A stretch of 64,000 bases of DNA, taken from an uncultured delta proteobacterium (GTDB lineage Bacteria; Myxococcota_A; Polyangia; Fen-1088). This document shows positions 17,636 through 27,427 of this stretch, in pieces; the stretch's first letter is position 1, and each line of letters starts with the position of its first letter. The notes under the pieces are model-generated. The model did not search any database. It was not told the DNA's origin and saw only the letters and a list, made by a program, of their open reading frames with translations. The stretch covers positions 64,001 to 128,000 of the forward strand of contig CAVYGB010000006.1 in NCBI GenBank assembly GCA_963767925.1, given 5' to 3'. The position numbers were made by a program, and so were the translations under genes.

Positions 17636-18322
17636 TCACTGAAGGATCTTGGGGGACTCGCCGGGGTCGATCAAACCGCGGCGGCGCCAGCCCACCGTGG
17701 CGAGCCAGGTGCGGGCGGAACCGGTGACCGAGGGTTCGGACGGCGGCGTGAGGGGGAAGCGGAAGCCGTCGAACCAGGGGGCCGAGGAGCAGGGGGCCGA
17801 GGAGCAGGGGTCGATGTGCCCGCGGTCGCGCAGACCGTGTTTCTTGTGGTTCATGAGAACGTAGACGAGCGCGTTGCGTACCTCCCGCGGCGTCGCCAGC
17901 TCGCGCGCGTGATACCGGTCGCCCCAGATGCGGCCGCTGCGCTTGCAGGCTCGGTTGCTGGCCAGCGCGCTCCGGATCACCAGCCTCCGCGCGCCGAAAG
18001 AGAGCGCCGCCTTGTCCTCCGCCTCCACCAGCAGGTGCACGTGATCGGCCTGCACCGAGAACTGCACGACCCGGAACACCGCTGAGCTCGACGCGCGAAA
18101 GCAGTCCCGCAACACCTGGAAGATCCGCTTGCTCCGCAGCGAGACCAACCCTGCCCTGGCGCGCAAGGTCACGTGCAACGGATGGGCGCCCTTGTGGGGC
18201 GGCCGCGCCCGATGCGGCGCCGGCCGCCTCCGCCCGAGAATCGGAGGCCGCCCGGCCCCCTTCCGTCGCCCACCCCACCCGGAGGTCCGAGGCAAGGCGA
18301 GCGAGCGTGACGCGGGCGACAT
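17636..18322 (-). mobile_element. HUH Y1 transposase, REP-associated tyrosine transposase (RAYT)/IS200-like
   Basis: PLHVTLR, FSVQADHVHLLVEA (HUH), IWGDRYHARELATPREVRNALVYVLMN (catalytic Tyr), DPCSSAPWF. Confidence 0.85.
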
Positions 18323-18419
18323 TCCATTTGATTGAGGCAATAGTATTGCCCATGCAGCAAAATTCAAGTACGAACGTACGGTCCGGTTCGAGCGGGCGTC
18401 GCTGTCGACCAGCGGCGGT

Positions 18420-19004
18420 TCAGGGTGGGCTCCAGGGGTGGCCGGTTTCGCAGTCGATGTGGGCCAGGCGGGCGCCGGCGGGGCCTACCTCGAGGCGGCC
18501 AAAGACGATCGGCAGGTGGAAGCGGCGGGGGCCGACCGAGCCGGGGTTGAAGACGATCAGATCCCGGTCGCGGCCGATGAAGGGCACATGCGAGTGCCCG
18601 CAGACCACCATCGCCGCCCCCTGTTGCCGGGCAATCTTGGCAACCTCGCCGCGCAGTCTCGGGCCGGCCACGGCGATGTGGATCATGAGGATCCGCAGGC
18701 TGCGCGGGCCGACCAGATCGACGGTCAACACGTCGGGCAGGTCGCTGGCCCTCGTGTCGATGTTGCCCCGCACCGCCAGCACCGGGGCCACGGTGGCGAG
18801 CCGGTCCAGCACCTCGAGGTCGCCGATGTCGCCGGCGTGCAGGATCGCGTCGGGGCGCATGGCGGCCAGGTGCCCCAGCGTCCCGGGGTGCGGCTCCGAG
18901 TGGGTGTCGGCCACCACCGCCAGGCGCAGCGACCCATCCTCCCGCGTCGGCACCTGCGCGCTCTTGTAGACCAGCTTCGGCCCGGCCGCGGTCTTCGCTC
19001 TCAT
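18420..19004 (-). CDS. metallophosphoesterase, YfcE/MJ0936 type
   Basis: ADTH, LHAGD, VRGNID, GHSH, NPGS motifs. Confidence 0.92.
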   Translation of the reverse strand: MRAKTAAGPKLVYKSAQVPTREDGSLRLAVVADTHSEPHPGTLGHLAAMRPDAILHAGDIGDLEVLDRLATVAPVLAVRGNIDTRASDLPDVLTVDLVGPRSLRILMIHIAVAGPRLRGEVAKIARQQGAAMVVCGHSHVPFIGRDRDLIVFNPGSVGPRRFHLPIVFGRLEVGPAGARLAHIDCETGHPWSPP

Positions 19005-19084
19005 GTCGCCCGCGAGTATGCCGCCCCGGCTGCCACCTGGCGCCTCGTTTCTCCCGGAACCCCTCTTGCATCCGCGGCGCGGCC

Positions 19085-19241
19085 CATCAGCGTGCTAGGG
19101 GGCCCGCTCGCGCACTGGCGAGCCGCCCTCCCCCACGCCCAGGTGACCGAGTTGCCTGGGGTCGGCCACTGGCCCCACGAGGAAGAGCCCGCCATCGTCG
19201 CCGCCCACCTGGAGGCCTTCCTCGCCACCCACCGCGGCTGA
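19085..19241 (+). pseudogene. orphan C-terminal remnant of an alpha/beta hydrolase
   Basis: WRAALPHAQVTELPGVGHWPHEEEPAIVAAHLEAFL followed by a stop, with no upstream coding part. Confidence 0.6.
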
Positions 19242-19251
19242 CCCCTCCGGC

Positions 19252-21753
19252 TCACTCGCTGCGCAGCGCCCGCATGGGATCCACCCGGGACGCCCGGCGC
19301 GCGGGCAGGTAGCCGGCGGCGAGCGCCACCCCGAACATCAGCAGCGCGGCGACGGCGAGCCGGGCCGGGTCGGTCGGACTGAGCCCGAACAAGAGCCCCC
19401 GTAACAGCCGAGAAGCTCCCCAGGCCGCCGGCAAGCCAAGGGCCACGCCGGCGAGCACCAGCGCCAGCGCCTGGCGCAGCACCAGCCAGCGGACGCTGCC
19501 CCGGGTCGCCCCCAGCGCCACGCGTACCCCGATCTCGCGGGTCCGCTGACCCGCCCACTGCGAGAGGATCCCGAACAGCCCGAGCGACATCAGGAACAGC
19601 GCCGCCAGCCCGAAGCCCGTCGACAGCACGGCGAGGAGCCGCTCCTGCACGAGCAGCCGATCGACCTGGGCGCGCATCGTGCGGACGCCGACCACCCGCA
19701 GCCCCGGGTGGGCCTGTAGCACCGCGCGGCGCACCGGTTCGCCGAGGCTGGCTGGATCCAACGACGTGTTGACCGCGAGGCTGCCGAGAAAGCCGGGGTG
19801 CTGGGCGGCCGAGCGGTAGACCATCGGCTGGCTCGCCGCCCGCAGGCCGGCGTTTCGAGCATCCCGGACCACACCGACGATCTCGACGGTGCCCGGCGGC
19901 TGAGACGGCGACGAGACCGGATCGAAGCGCAAGCGCTGGCCGACCGCCGCACCCCCCGGGAACAGCCGGGCGAGGGCCTCGTTGACGACAACGATCCGCG
20001 GGCCGCCGGCCGCATCGCCGGCGCCGAAGGCCCGACCGCGGATGAGCCGGATGCCGAGGGTCGCGAAGTAGTCCGCCGTGACGGTGTCGAGCCGCACCGG
20101 CGCGGACCCTACCCGCCCGTCGATGAGGATCATCTCGGTCGTGCGGGCGTTGCCGAGCGGCGACATCGCCGACAGGCTCGCCGATCGAACCCCCGGCACC
20201 TGCTCCACCCGATCGAGGATGGCCCGGGTCAGCGCAGGCGCCTGCTCCTCCCGGAGGTCGGCGAGGAGGCTGCGGTTCACGCCCATCAGGAGCACGCGCT
20301 GCTCGTCGATTCCCTTGTCGGCCCGGCGCAGCTGGCCCAGGCTGCCGGCCAGCAGGCCAGCGGCGAACAGCAGCACGAGGGACAGGGCGACCTGCGAGAC
20401 GAGCAACACCCGGCTCACCAGCCGGCGGGCCCCCCCCAGGGTGACGGTCTGGGCGGTCGCCCGCAGCGCCGGCTGCAGGCTCGCGCGCGCGACCTGCCAG
20501 GCGGGGGCCAGACCGATGGCCACCCCGGTCGTGGCAGCCAGCGCGGTGACGAAGGTCAGGACGGCGCGGTCGAGGCCGACCTCCAGCGCCAGGGGTCCGC
20601 CCACACCGGCGAGCAGCAACAGCCCATCGGCGAGCCAGCCCGTCAGGAGCAGCCCCCCCGCCGCCCCCAGCCCCGAAAGCAGGATCGCCTCGACGAGGAG
20701 CTGCCGTACCAGCCGCCACCGGCTCGCTCCGAGTGCGGCGCGGATGTTCATCTCTCGCTGGCGGTCGATGGCCCGGGCCAGCAGCAGGTGGGAGACGTTG
20801 AGGCAGACGATGAGCAGCAGGACCCCGACCCCCGCGAGCAGAACCAGCAGCGGATCGCGGAAGCTCTCGCGCAGCGGCGAGACACCCTGGCCGGCGGGAT
20901 CGAGCTCGATCTTGACGCCCTGGCGGGCCGACGGGTCGGCCGCCAGCACGGGATCGTCGGCCAGGTAACGTTGCAGGGCCAGGTTGGCATCGGCTTCGGC
21001 CGCGGGGGCCGCCACCCCTGGCGCGAGCCGACCCAGCACGAGCAGCCAGCGGTCGTCCCGGCGAAACTCCCTGGCCGGACCGGCGGGCAGCTCGAGGGGC
21101 AACCAGAAGTCGGTTGGCTGACCGACGTTGAGGCCGGAAAATGCCGGCGCCGCGATGCCCACAACGGTGACGGGGCGGCCGTTCACCGTCACGCGCGCCC
21201 CGACGACAGCCGGGGCGCCGCCAAACCGCCGCTGCCAGTAGTCGTGACTGATCACCATGACGGAGGCCGGCTCGAGCGCCCGGCTGTCCTCGGGGAGGAA
21301 GGTTCGTCCGCGGTGTGCGGGCACGCCGAGCACGGAGAAGTAGTTGTCGCTCACCGTCCGGCCGGTGGCCCGGGCGTCCCCGCCGCCGTCGCGCGGGCCC
21401 GGCCCCTCGACGAACGCCCCCGTGCTCCCGCTGTCCTGCGCGGCGAGCCCGGAGAAGAAGCGGCCCTGGCCCTCGCCCCGGACCCGCTGGTAGAGACGCG
21501 GCGAGAAGAGCTCGAGCCGGCCGCGCGGGATCCCGTCGGACCGCCCGGACACCCCGGGATGGGACAGCAGGACGAGGCGGCCCGGGTCGACGACCGGCAA
21601 GGGCGCGAGGAAGAGGGCGTTGGCGAGGCTGAACAGGGCGCCGCTGGCGCCGATGCCGAGCGCGAGCGACAGCACGACGATCGCCGCGGCACCGGGGCGC
21701 CGGCGAAGGCCGCGCCAACCGTACCGCAGGTCCTGGATGAGGTCCCGCAACAT
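19252..21753 (-). CDS. ABC transporter permease, duplicated MacB/FtsX (ADOP-like)
   Basis: DLRYGWRGL, LALGIGA, LLLIVCLNVSHLLLARAIDRQREMNIRAALGA, QRTREIGVRVALGA, PARRASRVDPMRALR. Confidence 0.92.
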   Translation of the reverse strand: MLRDLIQDLRYGWRGLRRRPGAAAIVVLSLALGIGASGALFSLANALFLAPLPVVDPGRLVLLSHPGVSGRSDGIPRGRLELFSPRLYQRVRGEGQGRFFSGLAAQDSGSTGAFVEGPGPRDGGGDARATGRTVSDNYFSVLGVPAHRGRTFLPEDSRALEPASVMVISHDYWQRRFGGAPAVVGARVTVNGRPVTVVGIAAPAFSGLNVGQPTDFWLPLELPAGPAREFRRDDRWLLVLGRLAPGVAAPAAEADANLALQRYLADDPVLAADPSARQGVKIELDPAGQGVSPLRESFRDPLLVLLAGVGVLLLIVCLNVSHLLLARAIDRQREMNIRAALGASRWRLVRQLLVEAILLSGLGAAGGLLLTGWLADGLLLLAGVGGPLALEVGLDRAVLTFVTALAATTGVAIGLAPAWQVARASLQPALRATAQTVTLGGARRLVSRVLLVSQVALSLVLLFAAGLLAGSLGQLRRADKGIDEQRVLLMGVNRSLLADLREEQAPALTRAILDRVEQVPGVRSASLSAMSPLGNARTTEMILIDGRVGSAPVRLDTVTADYFATLGIRLIRGRAFGAGDAAGGPRIVVVNEALARLFPGGAAVGQRLRFDPVSSPSQPPGTVEIVGVVRDARNAGLRAASQPMVYRSAAQHPGFLGSLAVNTSLDPASLGEPVRRAVLQAHPGLRVVGVRTMRAQVDRLLVQERLLAVLSTGFGLAALFLMSLGLFGILSQWAGQRTREIGVRVALGATRGSVRWLVLRQALALVLAGVALGLPAAWGASRLLRGLLFGLSPTDPARLAVAALLMFGVALAAGYLPARRASRVDPMRALRSE

Positions 21754-21806
21754 TGAACTTTCCCTCCTGGGGCGCCGGTCGGCCACCGCCGGCCTCCCGC
21801 AGCAGC

Positions 21807-21822
21807 TGCCAGGCCCGTGCCA
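21807..21822 (-). promoter_or_regulatory. sigma-54 promoter for the ADOP-like permease
   Basis: Minus strand TGGCAC-GGGCC-TGGCA (GG and GC at the -24/-12 spacing), about 55 nt upstream of ATG 21753. Confidence 0.55.
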
Positions 21823-22055
21823 CCCAGCGCGGCTTGGGGAGGCCGAAGATCTTGCGGCGGCGGTGCTGCCCGACTGTTCGCCCGCGGGACGCGTGGTCCC
21901 AGGAACGGACAGCGGACCTGGCGCGGGTGGGGGGCGTCAGGCGGCGAGAAGCCTGCGTCTCCGCGAGGCGTGCCGACGACGAATATCCAGCGTGTTCCGG
22001 GGAGGAGCCGGCTGCGGTCGCGGAGTATTTGAGGGCCTTCCTCGCGTCGGGGAAC

Positions 22056-25000
22056 CTACTGGGGGTCGCTGCTGCGGCGGATGAGGTCGATGAGCTCTTC
22101 GGTGCCGAGGGCGGCGGCGAGGTCGCTGCCTTCCAGGATGCCGGCGGCGAGGGCGCGTTTGCTGGCGTGCAGGCCGAGGACGGCTTCCTCGATCGTGTCG
22201 CGGGCGACAAGGCGGACGGCGGTGACGGGCTTCTGCTGGCCGATGCGGTGGGCGCGGGCGGTGGCTTGATCCTCGACGGCGGGGTTCCACCAGGGGTCGA
22301 GGTGGATGACGGTGTCGGCGGCGGTGAGGTTGAGGCCGAAGCCGCCGGCTTTCAGCGAGATCAGGAAGACGTCGGCCTCGCCCCGCTGGAAGGCGGCGAT
22401 GCGCTGCTCGCGGGCCTCGGCGGGGGTGGTGCCGTCGAGCACCAGCAGGCGGAAGCCGTGCTGGCGCAGGCGCGGGGCCAGCAAGTCGAGGAAGCTGCGG
22501 AACTGGCTGAAGACCAGGGTGCGGTGCCCCTCCTCCTTCAGCTCGGCCAGCAGGTCGAGCAGGTAGGCGGCCTTGGACGAGCCGGCGGGCGTGCGCGGGT
22601 AGACCAGGCGGGGGTGGCAGCAGAGCTGGCGCAGGCGGGTGATGGCGGCCAGCAGCTCGAAGCGCATGCCGCCGGCGTCGCGGTCGGGGTTCTTCTTGGC
22701 CGCCTCCAGCTCGGCCAGGGTCGAGGCCCGGAGCTGCTCGTACAGCGACAGCTCCTCGGACGAGAGCTGCACCGAGCGCACGATCTCGGTGCGCGCCGGC
22801 AGCTCGGGCGCCACCTCGGCCTTGGTCCGCCGCAAGACGAACGGCCGGATCAGCGTCGCCAGGGCCTTGCGCCGGCGCTCGTCCCCGAACTTCTCGATCG
22901 GGACGGCGTAGCGGCCCCGGAACTGCTCCCAGCTCCCCAGCAGGCCCGGCGAGATCACCCGGAAGATGCTCCAGATCTCCCCCACGTGGTTCTCGATGGG
23001 CGTCCCGGTGAGCCCCAGCCGCCAGCCGGCGCGCAGCCCGCGCAGGGCCTTGGCTCGCTCGGTGGTGGCGTTCTTGACCGCCTGGGCCTCGTCGATCACC
23101 AGCGACCCGAACTCGATCTTCCCCAGCGCCTCGGCGTCGAGGGTGGCGATGGCGTAGCTGGTCACCACGATGTCGCCGGGGCCCAGCCCGCGCAGGCCCG
23201 ACTCCCGCTCGCGGCCCCGGTACAGGCGCACCTTCAGCTCCGGCACGAAGCGGGCCGCCTCGTCGATCCAGTTGGACACCACCGAGGTCGGCGCCACGAC
23301 CAGGGCGGGCCCCTCCCCCGCCCGCTGCGCCAGCAGGGCCAGGGTCTGCAGGGTCTTTCCCAGCCCCATCTCGTCGGCCAGGATGGCGCCCGCGCCCCAG
23401 TGGGCCAGACGGGTCAGCCAGGCCACGCCCGCCTTCTGGTAGGGGCGCAGCACCGACTCCAGCCCGGCCGGCAATCGGGGATCGATGCCGGCGCCCTCCC
23501 GCATCCGCCGGCGCAGGGCCGCGAAGGCCGCCCCCGCCTCGATCTGGCTCTCGCTCTCGACCAGGCCCACCAGGGGATCGCTGGCCACCCCGGCGAGCTG
23601 GATGGTGCCCCGGTACTCGAAGAAGGCCGCCTCCGCCCGCTCGAGCGCCGCCCGCAGCGTCTCCTCGATCCGCACGAAGCCGCGCGTCCCCACCCGCACG
23701 TAGCGCCGCCCCTCGCGGATGGCGGCCAGCAGCTCGAACAGCGGCACCACCTCGGCCCCCGGCCCCTCGACCCGGACCTCGCCCTGCACCGCGAACCAGT
23801 CGCGCTGGTCGGCCACCTTGAGGCGTACCTGGCTCCGCCCGACGCTGCCGAGCGACTGCAGGCGCAGGTCGGCCCACTCGACCGAGACCTCCTCGCCGAG
23901 CTCCTTGAGCGTCGCCACCAGGTGCAGGGCCGGGTCCCCCTCGCTCACCCGCCAGCACCAGGGCTCCTGCTCCTGGCCGCCCTCCAGGCTCAGGCGCTCG
24001 GCCAGGGCGTGCCCCGCCAGGCGCTCGGCCTGGCGGTCGCGGCGGGCGCCGTGGCGGTCGCGCCCCTGCCCCTCCAGCACCAGGGCGGGGCCCTCTCCCG
24101 GGGCGAACACCGGCCCCAGCTTCACCGGGCGCACCGCCAGCCGCACCTCGACCGCGCCGGAGGCAAGCAGGTCGAGGCGGGCGATGAGGCGGCCGTCGGC
24201 GGGCCCGATGCTGCGGGTCCACTGCGAGGGGAACTCGATGTCGAGGGTCTCCTGCAGCGACTCGAGGCGGGTGGCGAGCGCGTCGTGGGCCTCGGGCGGG
24301 AAGCGCCCGGGAGCGAGGGCCAGCGCCTGGACCATGGCCGCCGCCTGCGCGCTCACCGCCGCCAGCAGCACCTGGGCCCCGCCGCCCGGCGGCCGGTGCA
24401 GGTGGACCAGGTGGCGCCCGTCGCGCAGGGTCTGGGCCACCTCGGCCGCCAGCAGGGTCACGCCCAGCAGCTCGAACTGGGGCTGCAGGCCGCCGTCGAG
24501 CGCGGTGGCGAAGCGCAGGCGCAGGCGGCCCTGGCGGATCTCCAGCCGGCCGTCGTCGCGCGGGCGCTCGCGCCCGCCCTCGAGGAACACCGCCGGGTGA
24601 TCGATCAGCGCGCGCAGGATGCCGTGGATCTGGGCGTGGGTCAGCGCGCTGCCGCTGGCCCACGGCTCGGCCCGGCGGGCGAAGCGATCGTCGTAGGCCT
24701 GGTAGACCCGCCGGTCGGCGGCGGTCAGCTCGCGCCGGTCGGGGAGCTGGTACCACTGCAGCCGGGCCCCCTTCGAGAAGACCCCGCCCTTGCCCCGCTT
24801 CTGGACCACCGGCTCGACGGTGAGCCCCCCCTCCTCGTCGGCCACCACCCGGAAGGCCACCCGCTCGGCCGGCGGCCCGGCCGGCGCCTCCTGCTGCGCC
24901 TCGAGGCGGGCCAGGTGCTGGTCGAGGGCCCCCAGCGCCACCTGCCAGGCCGGCTGCCGCAGCAGCTCGCCGAGCGCCTCGTGCGCCTCGCCCGCGCGCG

Positions 25001-25670
25001 GGTCGCGCAGGAGATCGATCATCGCCTCGAGCGCGCTCTCCTGCTGCGCGGCGGTGACCTCGTCGGCCAGGGCCTGCGGGCCGCGGTAACGCGCCCAGCG
25101 CAGCGGCCCTTCGTTCCAGCCGAGCAGCAGCAGCACCACGTGGTCCTGGCCGAGCGTGCCGGACCAGCTCCCGCCCGGGCTGGCCAGGGTCCACTCCTCG
25201 TAGCGCAGCATCGGCACCGGCTCGCGTGCCACCTCGACCCGCACCGGCTCGTAGGTCCCCTCCGGCCGGGCCGGGGTCTCGCGCGCCGCCACCAGCTCGG
25301 CCCGCGCCGAACGCAGCCGCTCGAGGAAGCTGGCGAGCACCTCGTCCTCGGGATCGCGCCCCTCGGCCGCGAAGAAGGCGCGCGCCTGCTGCTGGACCGC
25401 GGCCAGGGTCGCGATCCGGTGCAGGAAGCGACGGGCGGTGTCCTCGCCGTCGTGGTAGCGGCGCCGCACCATCTGCCCCGCCTCGGGATCCATCAGGATC
25501 TGGCGGTAGGTGAGGCGCTCGCCCCAGCGCCCGGGCACGTAGGTGCCGGCGGGCCCGTCGCTGCCGATGACGACGTCGTCGAGCCGCGCGCTGACCCGGT
25601 GCGCATGCGCCCAGGCCAGGAGCGCCTGGGGATCTTCGGGAGGTGGTGGCACCTCGGGCGGGGGCTGCAC
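22056..25670 (-). CDS. SNF2-family (DEAD/DEAH-box) helicase
   Basis: LRPYQ, LADEMGLGKT, DEAQ, LTGTPIEN, RRTK, FSQF, SLKAGGFGLNLT, DPWWNP, RAHRIGQ. Confidence 0.93.
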   Translation of the reverse strand: MQPPPEVPPPPEDPQALLAWAHAHRVSARLDDVVIGSDGPAGTYVPGRWGERLTYRQILMDPEAGQMVRRRYHDGEDTARRFLHRIATLAAVQQQARAFFAAEGRDPEDEVLASFLERLRSARAELVAARETPARPEGTYEPVRVEVAREPVPMLRYEEWTLASPGGSWSGTLGQDHVVLLLLGWNEGPLRWARYRGPQALADEVTAAQQESALEAMIDLLRDPRAGEAHEALGELLRQPAWQVALGALDQHLARLEAQQEAPAGPPAERVAFRVVADEEGGLTVEPVVQKRGKGGVFSKGARLQWYQLPDRRELTAADRRVYQAYDDRFARRAEPWASGSALTHAQIHGILRALIDHPAVFLEGGRERPRDDGRLEIRQGRLRLRFATALDGGLQPQFELLGVTLLAAEVAQTLRDGRHLVHLHRPPGGGAQVLLAAVSAQAAAMVQALALAPGRFPPEAHDALATRLESLQETLDIEFPSQWTRSIGPADGRLIARLDLLASGAVEVRLAVRPVKLGPVFAPGEGPALVLEGQGRDRHGARRDRQAERLAGHALAERLSLEGGQEQEPWCWRVSEGDPALHLVATLKELGEEVSVEWADLRLQSLGSVGRSQVRLKVADQRDWFAVQGEVRVEGPGAEVVPLFELLAAIREGRRYVRVGTRGFVRIEETLRAALERAEAAFFEYRGTIQLAGVASDPLVGLVESESQIEAGAAFAALRRRMREGAGIDPRLPAGLESVLRPYQKAGVAWLTRLAHWGAGAILADEMGLGKTLQTLALLAQRAGEGPALVVAPTSVVSNWIDEAARFVPELKVRLYRGRERESGLRGLGPGDIVVTSYAIATLDAEALGKIEFGSLVIDEAQAVKNATTERAKALRGLRAGWRLGLTGTPIENHVGEIWSIFRVISPGLLGSWEQFRGRYAVPIEKFGDERRRKALATLIRPFVLRRTKAEVAPELPARTEIVRSVQLSSEELSLYEQLRASTLAELEAAKKNPDRDAGGMRFELLAAITRLRQLCCHPRLVYPRTPAGSSKAAYLLDLLAELKEEGHRTLVFSQFRSFLDLLAPRLRQHGFRLLVLDGTTPAEAREQRIAAFQRGEADVFLISLKAGGFGLNLTAADTVIHLDPWWNPAVEDQATARAHRIGQQKPVTAVRLVARDTIEEAVLGLHASKRALAAGILEGSDLAAALGTEELIDLIRRSSDPQ

Positions 25671-25765
25671 ATTTTCGAATATAGCCCCAGGGCTTGCCCG
25701 GGAACGGTTCCGACAGGGTATGCTCTGCGCCCGTCGGGAATCTCGAGGTGGCCCCCTCCGGAGGA

Positions 25766-27427
25766 ATGATGACCACTCGAAGCTCGCGAAAAATCCGCCT
25801 GGGCGCGCTGGCCGCCCTGCTGCTGGGCAGCTCCTGCATGGGCATGGTGGAGGGCGATACCGCCGAGGAGGCCCCCGCCTTCAGCCCCGGTCGGGTGACA
25901 ACCCGCCGGCTCAACGCCACCGAATACGACAACACCCTGCGCGACCTGCTGGGGGTCGACCTGCGGCTGTCGCGCACCTTCGAGTTCCTGCCCGACGAGT
26001 TCGGCGACGGCTTCGACAACGACGGCGACGTGCTCAGCGTGGCCCCCATCGGGATCGAGAAATACCTGGCCGCCGCCCAGAGCGCGGTCGAGAAGGCCCT
26101 CGACAAGGCGCCGGCCAACGCCGCCGTCCGGGCCCGCATCCTGGTGTGCGCGCCGCCGGCCACCCCCGAGGCCGACTGCGCCGGCCAGGTCGTGGCGGGG
26201 TTTGCCCGGCGCGCGTTCCGCCGGGCGGTCACCGCCGAGGAGCTGGCCCCCTACCTGGGCCTCGTCGATCTGGCGCGCCGGAACGGCGACGGGTTCGAGG
26301 TGGGGGTGGCGGTGGCGCTGGCCGCGGTGCTCGTCTCGCCCGACTTCCTCTTCCGCCCCGAGATCGACGCCCGCCCGGGCGCCACCCGCCGGCTCGGCGG
26401 GTTCGAGCTGGCCTCGCGCCTGTCGTATTTCCTCTGGGCCAGCATGCCCGACGAGGAGCTGCTGGCCCGGGCCGAGGCCGGGAACCTGCGCGACCCCGCC
26501 GAGATCGGCCGCCAGGTCCGGCGCATGCTCGCCGACGGCAAGGCCCGCGCCTTCACCGACGCCCTGGTCGGCCAGTGGATGCACACCATCGGCCTGGGGT
26601 TCGCCCGCCCCGATCCGCGCAGCTACCCGCGCTGGCAAGACGGGCTGAGCGCCGCCATGGCCGAGGAGGTCCGCGCCTTCCTGGCCCCCATCGTCGCCGG
26701 CCAGGCCCCCGCCCTGGATCTGCTGACCGCCCGCTACACCTACGCCAACCGGGCGCTGGCCCGGTATTACGGCCTGCCGGGCGCCGAGCGGCTGCCCACC
26801 GACCGCTTCGAGAAGGTCGCCCTGCCCGACGACACCCGGGGCGGCGTGCTCCGCCAGGGGAGCTTCCTCGTCTCGACCTCCCACCCCGACACCCACTCGC
26901 CGACCCGGCGGGGCAAGTGGATCCTCGAGCGGCTGCTCTGCCGCAAGCCACCGCCGCCGCCCCCCAGCGTCCCCGGCTTCATGCCGGCCCAGGTCGAGGG
27001 CGGGACCCTGCGCCAGAAGCTCGAGCGGGTACACCACGGGATGGGCAGCGCCTGCGCCGCCTGCCACGCCTTCATCGATCCGATGGGCTTCGCCCTCGAG
27101 AACTACGACGGCGCCGGCCTCTGGCGCGACAAGGACGGCGGCCTGCCGGTCGACGCCAGCGGGGCGATGCCCGACACCGGCGTCCCCTTCGACGGCGCCG
27201 GTGAGCTGAGCGCCGCCATCGCCGCCGACCCCCGCTTTCCCGCCTGCGTGGCCAAGCAGGTGCTGACCTACGCCCTCGGGCGCCACCTCACCGAGGCGGA
27301 TCAGCCCGCGGTCTCGGCCCTGGGCCAGCGCTTCGCCGAGCGCGGCCACCTCATCCCCACCCTCGTCGAGCAGGTCGCGCTGAGCCCGCTGATGACCCAC
27401 CGGACCGCCGAGAAGGAGTCGCCATGA
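25766..27427 (+). CDS. DUF1592-family protein (DUF1587/1595/1592/1588/1585 architecture) with CxxCH
   Basis: RRLNATEYDNTLRDLLG, ELASRLSYFLW, SPTRRGKWI, CAACH, GFALENYD. Confidence 0.9.
   Translation: MMTTRSSRKIRLGALAALLLGSSCMGMVEGDTAEEAPAFSPGRVTTRRLNATEYDNTLRDLLGVDLRLSRTFEFLPDEFGDGFDNDGDVLSVAPIGIEKYLAAAQSAVEKALDKAPANAAVRARILVCAPPATPEADCAGQVVAGFARRAFRRAVTAEELAPYLGLVDLARRNGDGFEVGVAVALAAVLVSPDFLFRPEIDARPGATRRLGGFELASRLSYFLWASMPDEELLARAEAGNLRDPAEIGRQVRRMLADGKARAFTDALVGQWMHTIGLGFARPDPRSYPRWQDGLSAAMAEEVRAFLAPIVAGQAPALDLLTARYTYANRALARYYGLPGAERLPTDRFEKVALPDDTRGGVLRQGSFLVSTSHPDTHSPTRRGKWILERLLCRKPPPPPPSVPGFMPAQVEGGTLRQKLERVHHGMGSACAACHAFIDPMGFALENYDGAGLWRDKDGGLPVDASGAMPDTGVPFDGAGELSAAIAADPRFPACVAKQVLTYALGRHLTEADQPAVSALGQRFAERGHLIPTLVEQVALSPLMTHRTAEKESP

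Noticed and set aside
18371..18384. LexA/SOS box upstream of the RAYT (cgaacgtacggtcc)
   Set aside because: Two mismatches to the Gram-positive CGAAC-N4-GTTCG consensus, and this lineage's box is not established from the window.
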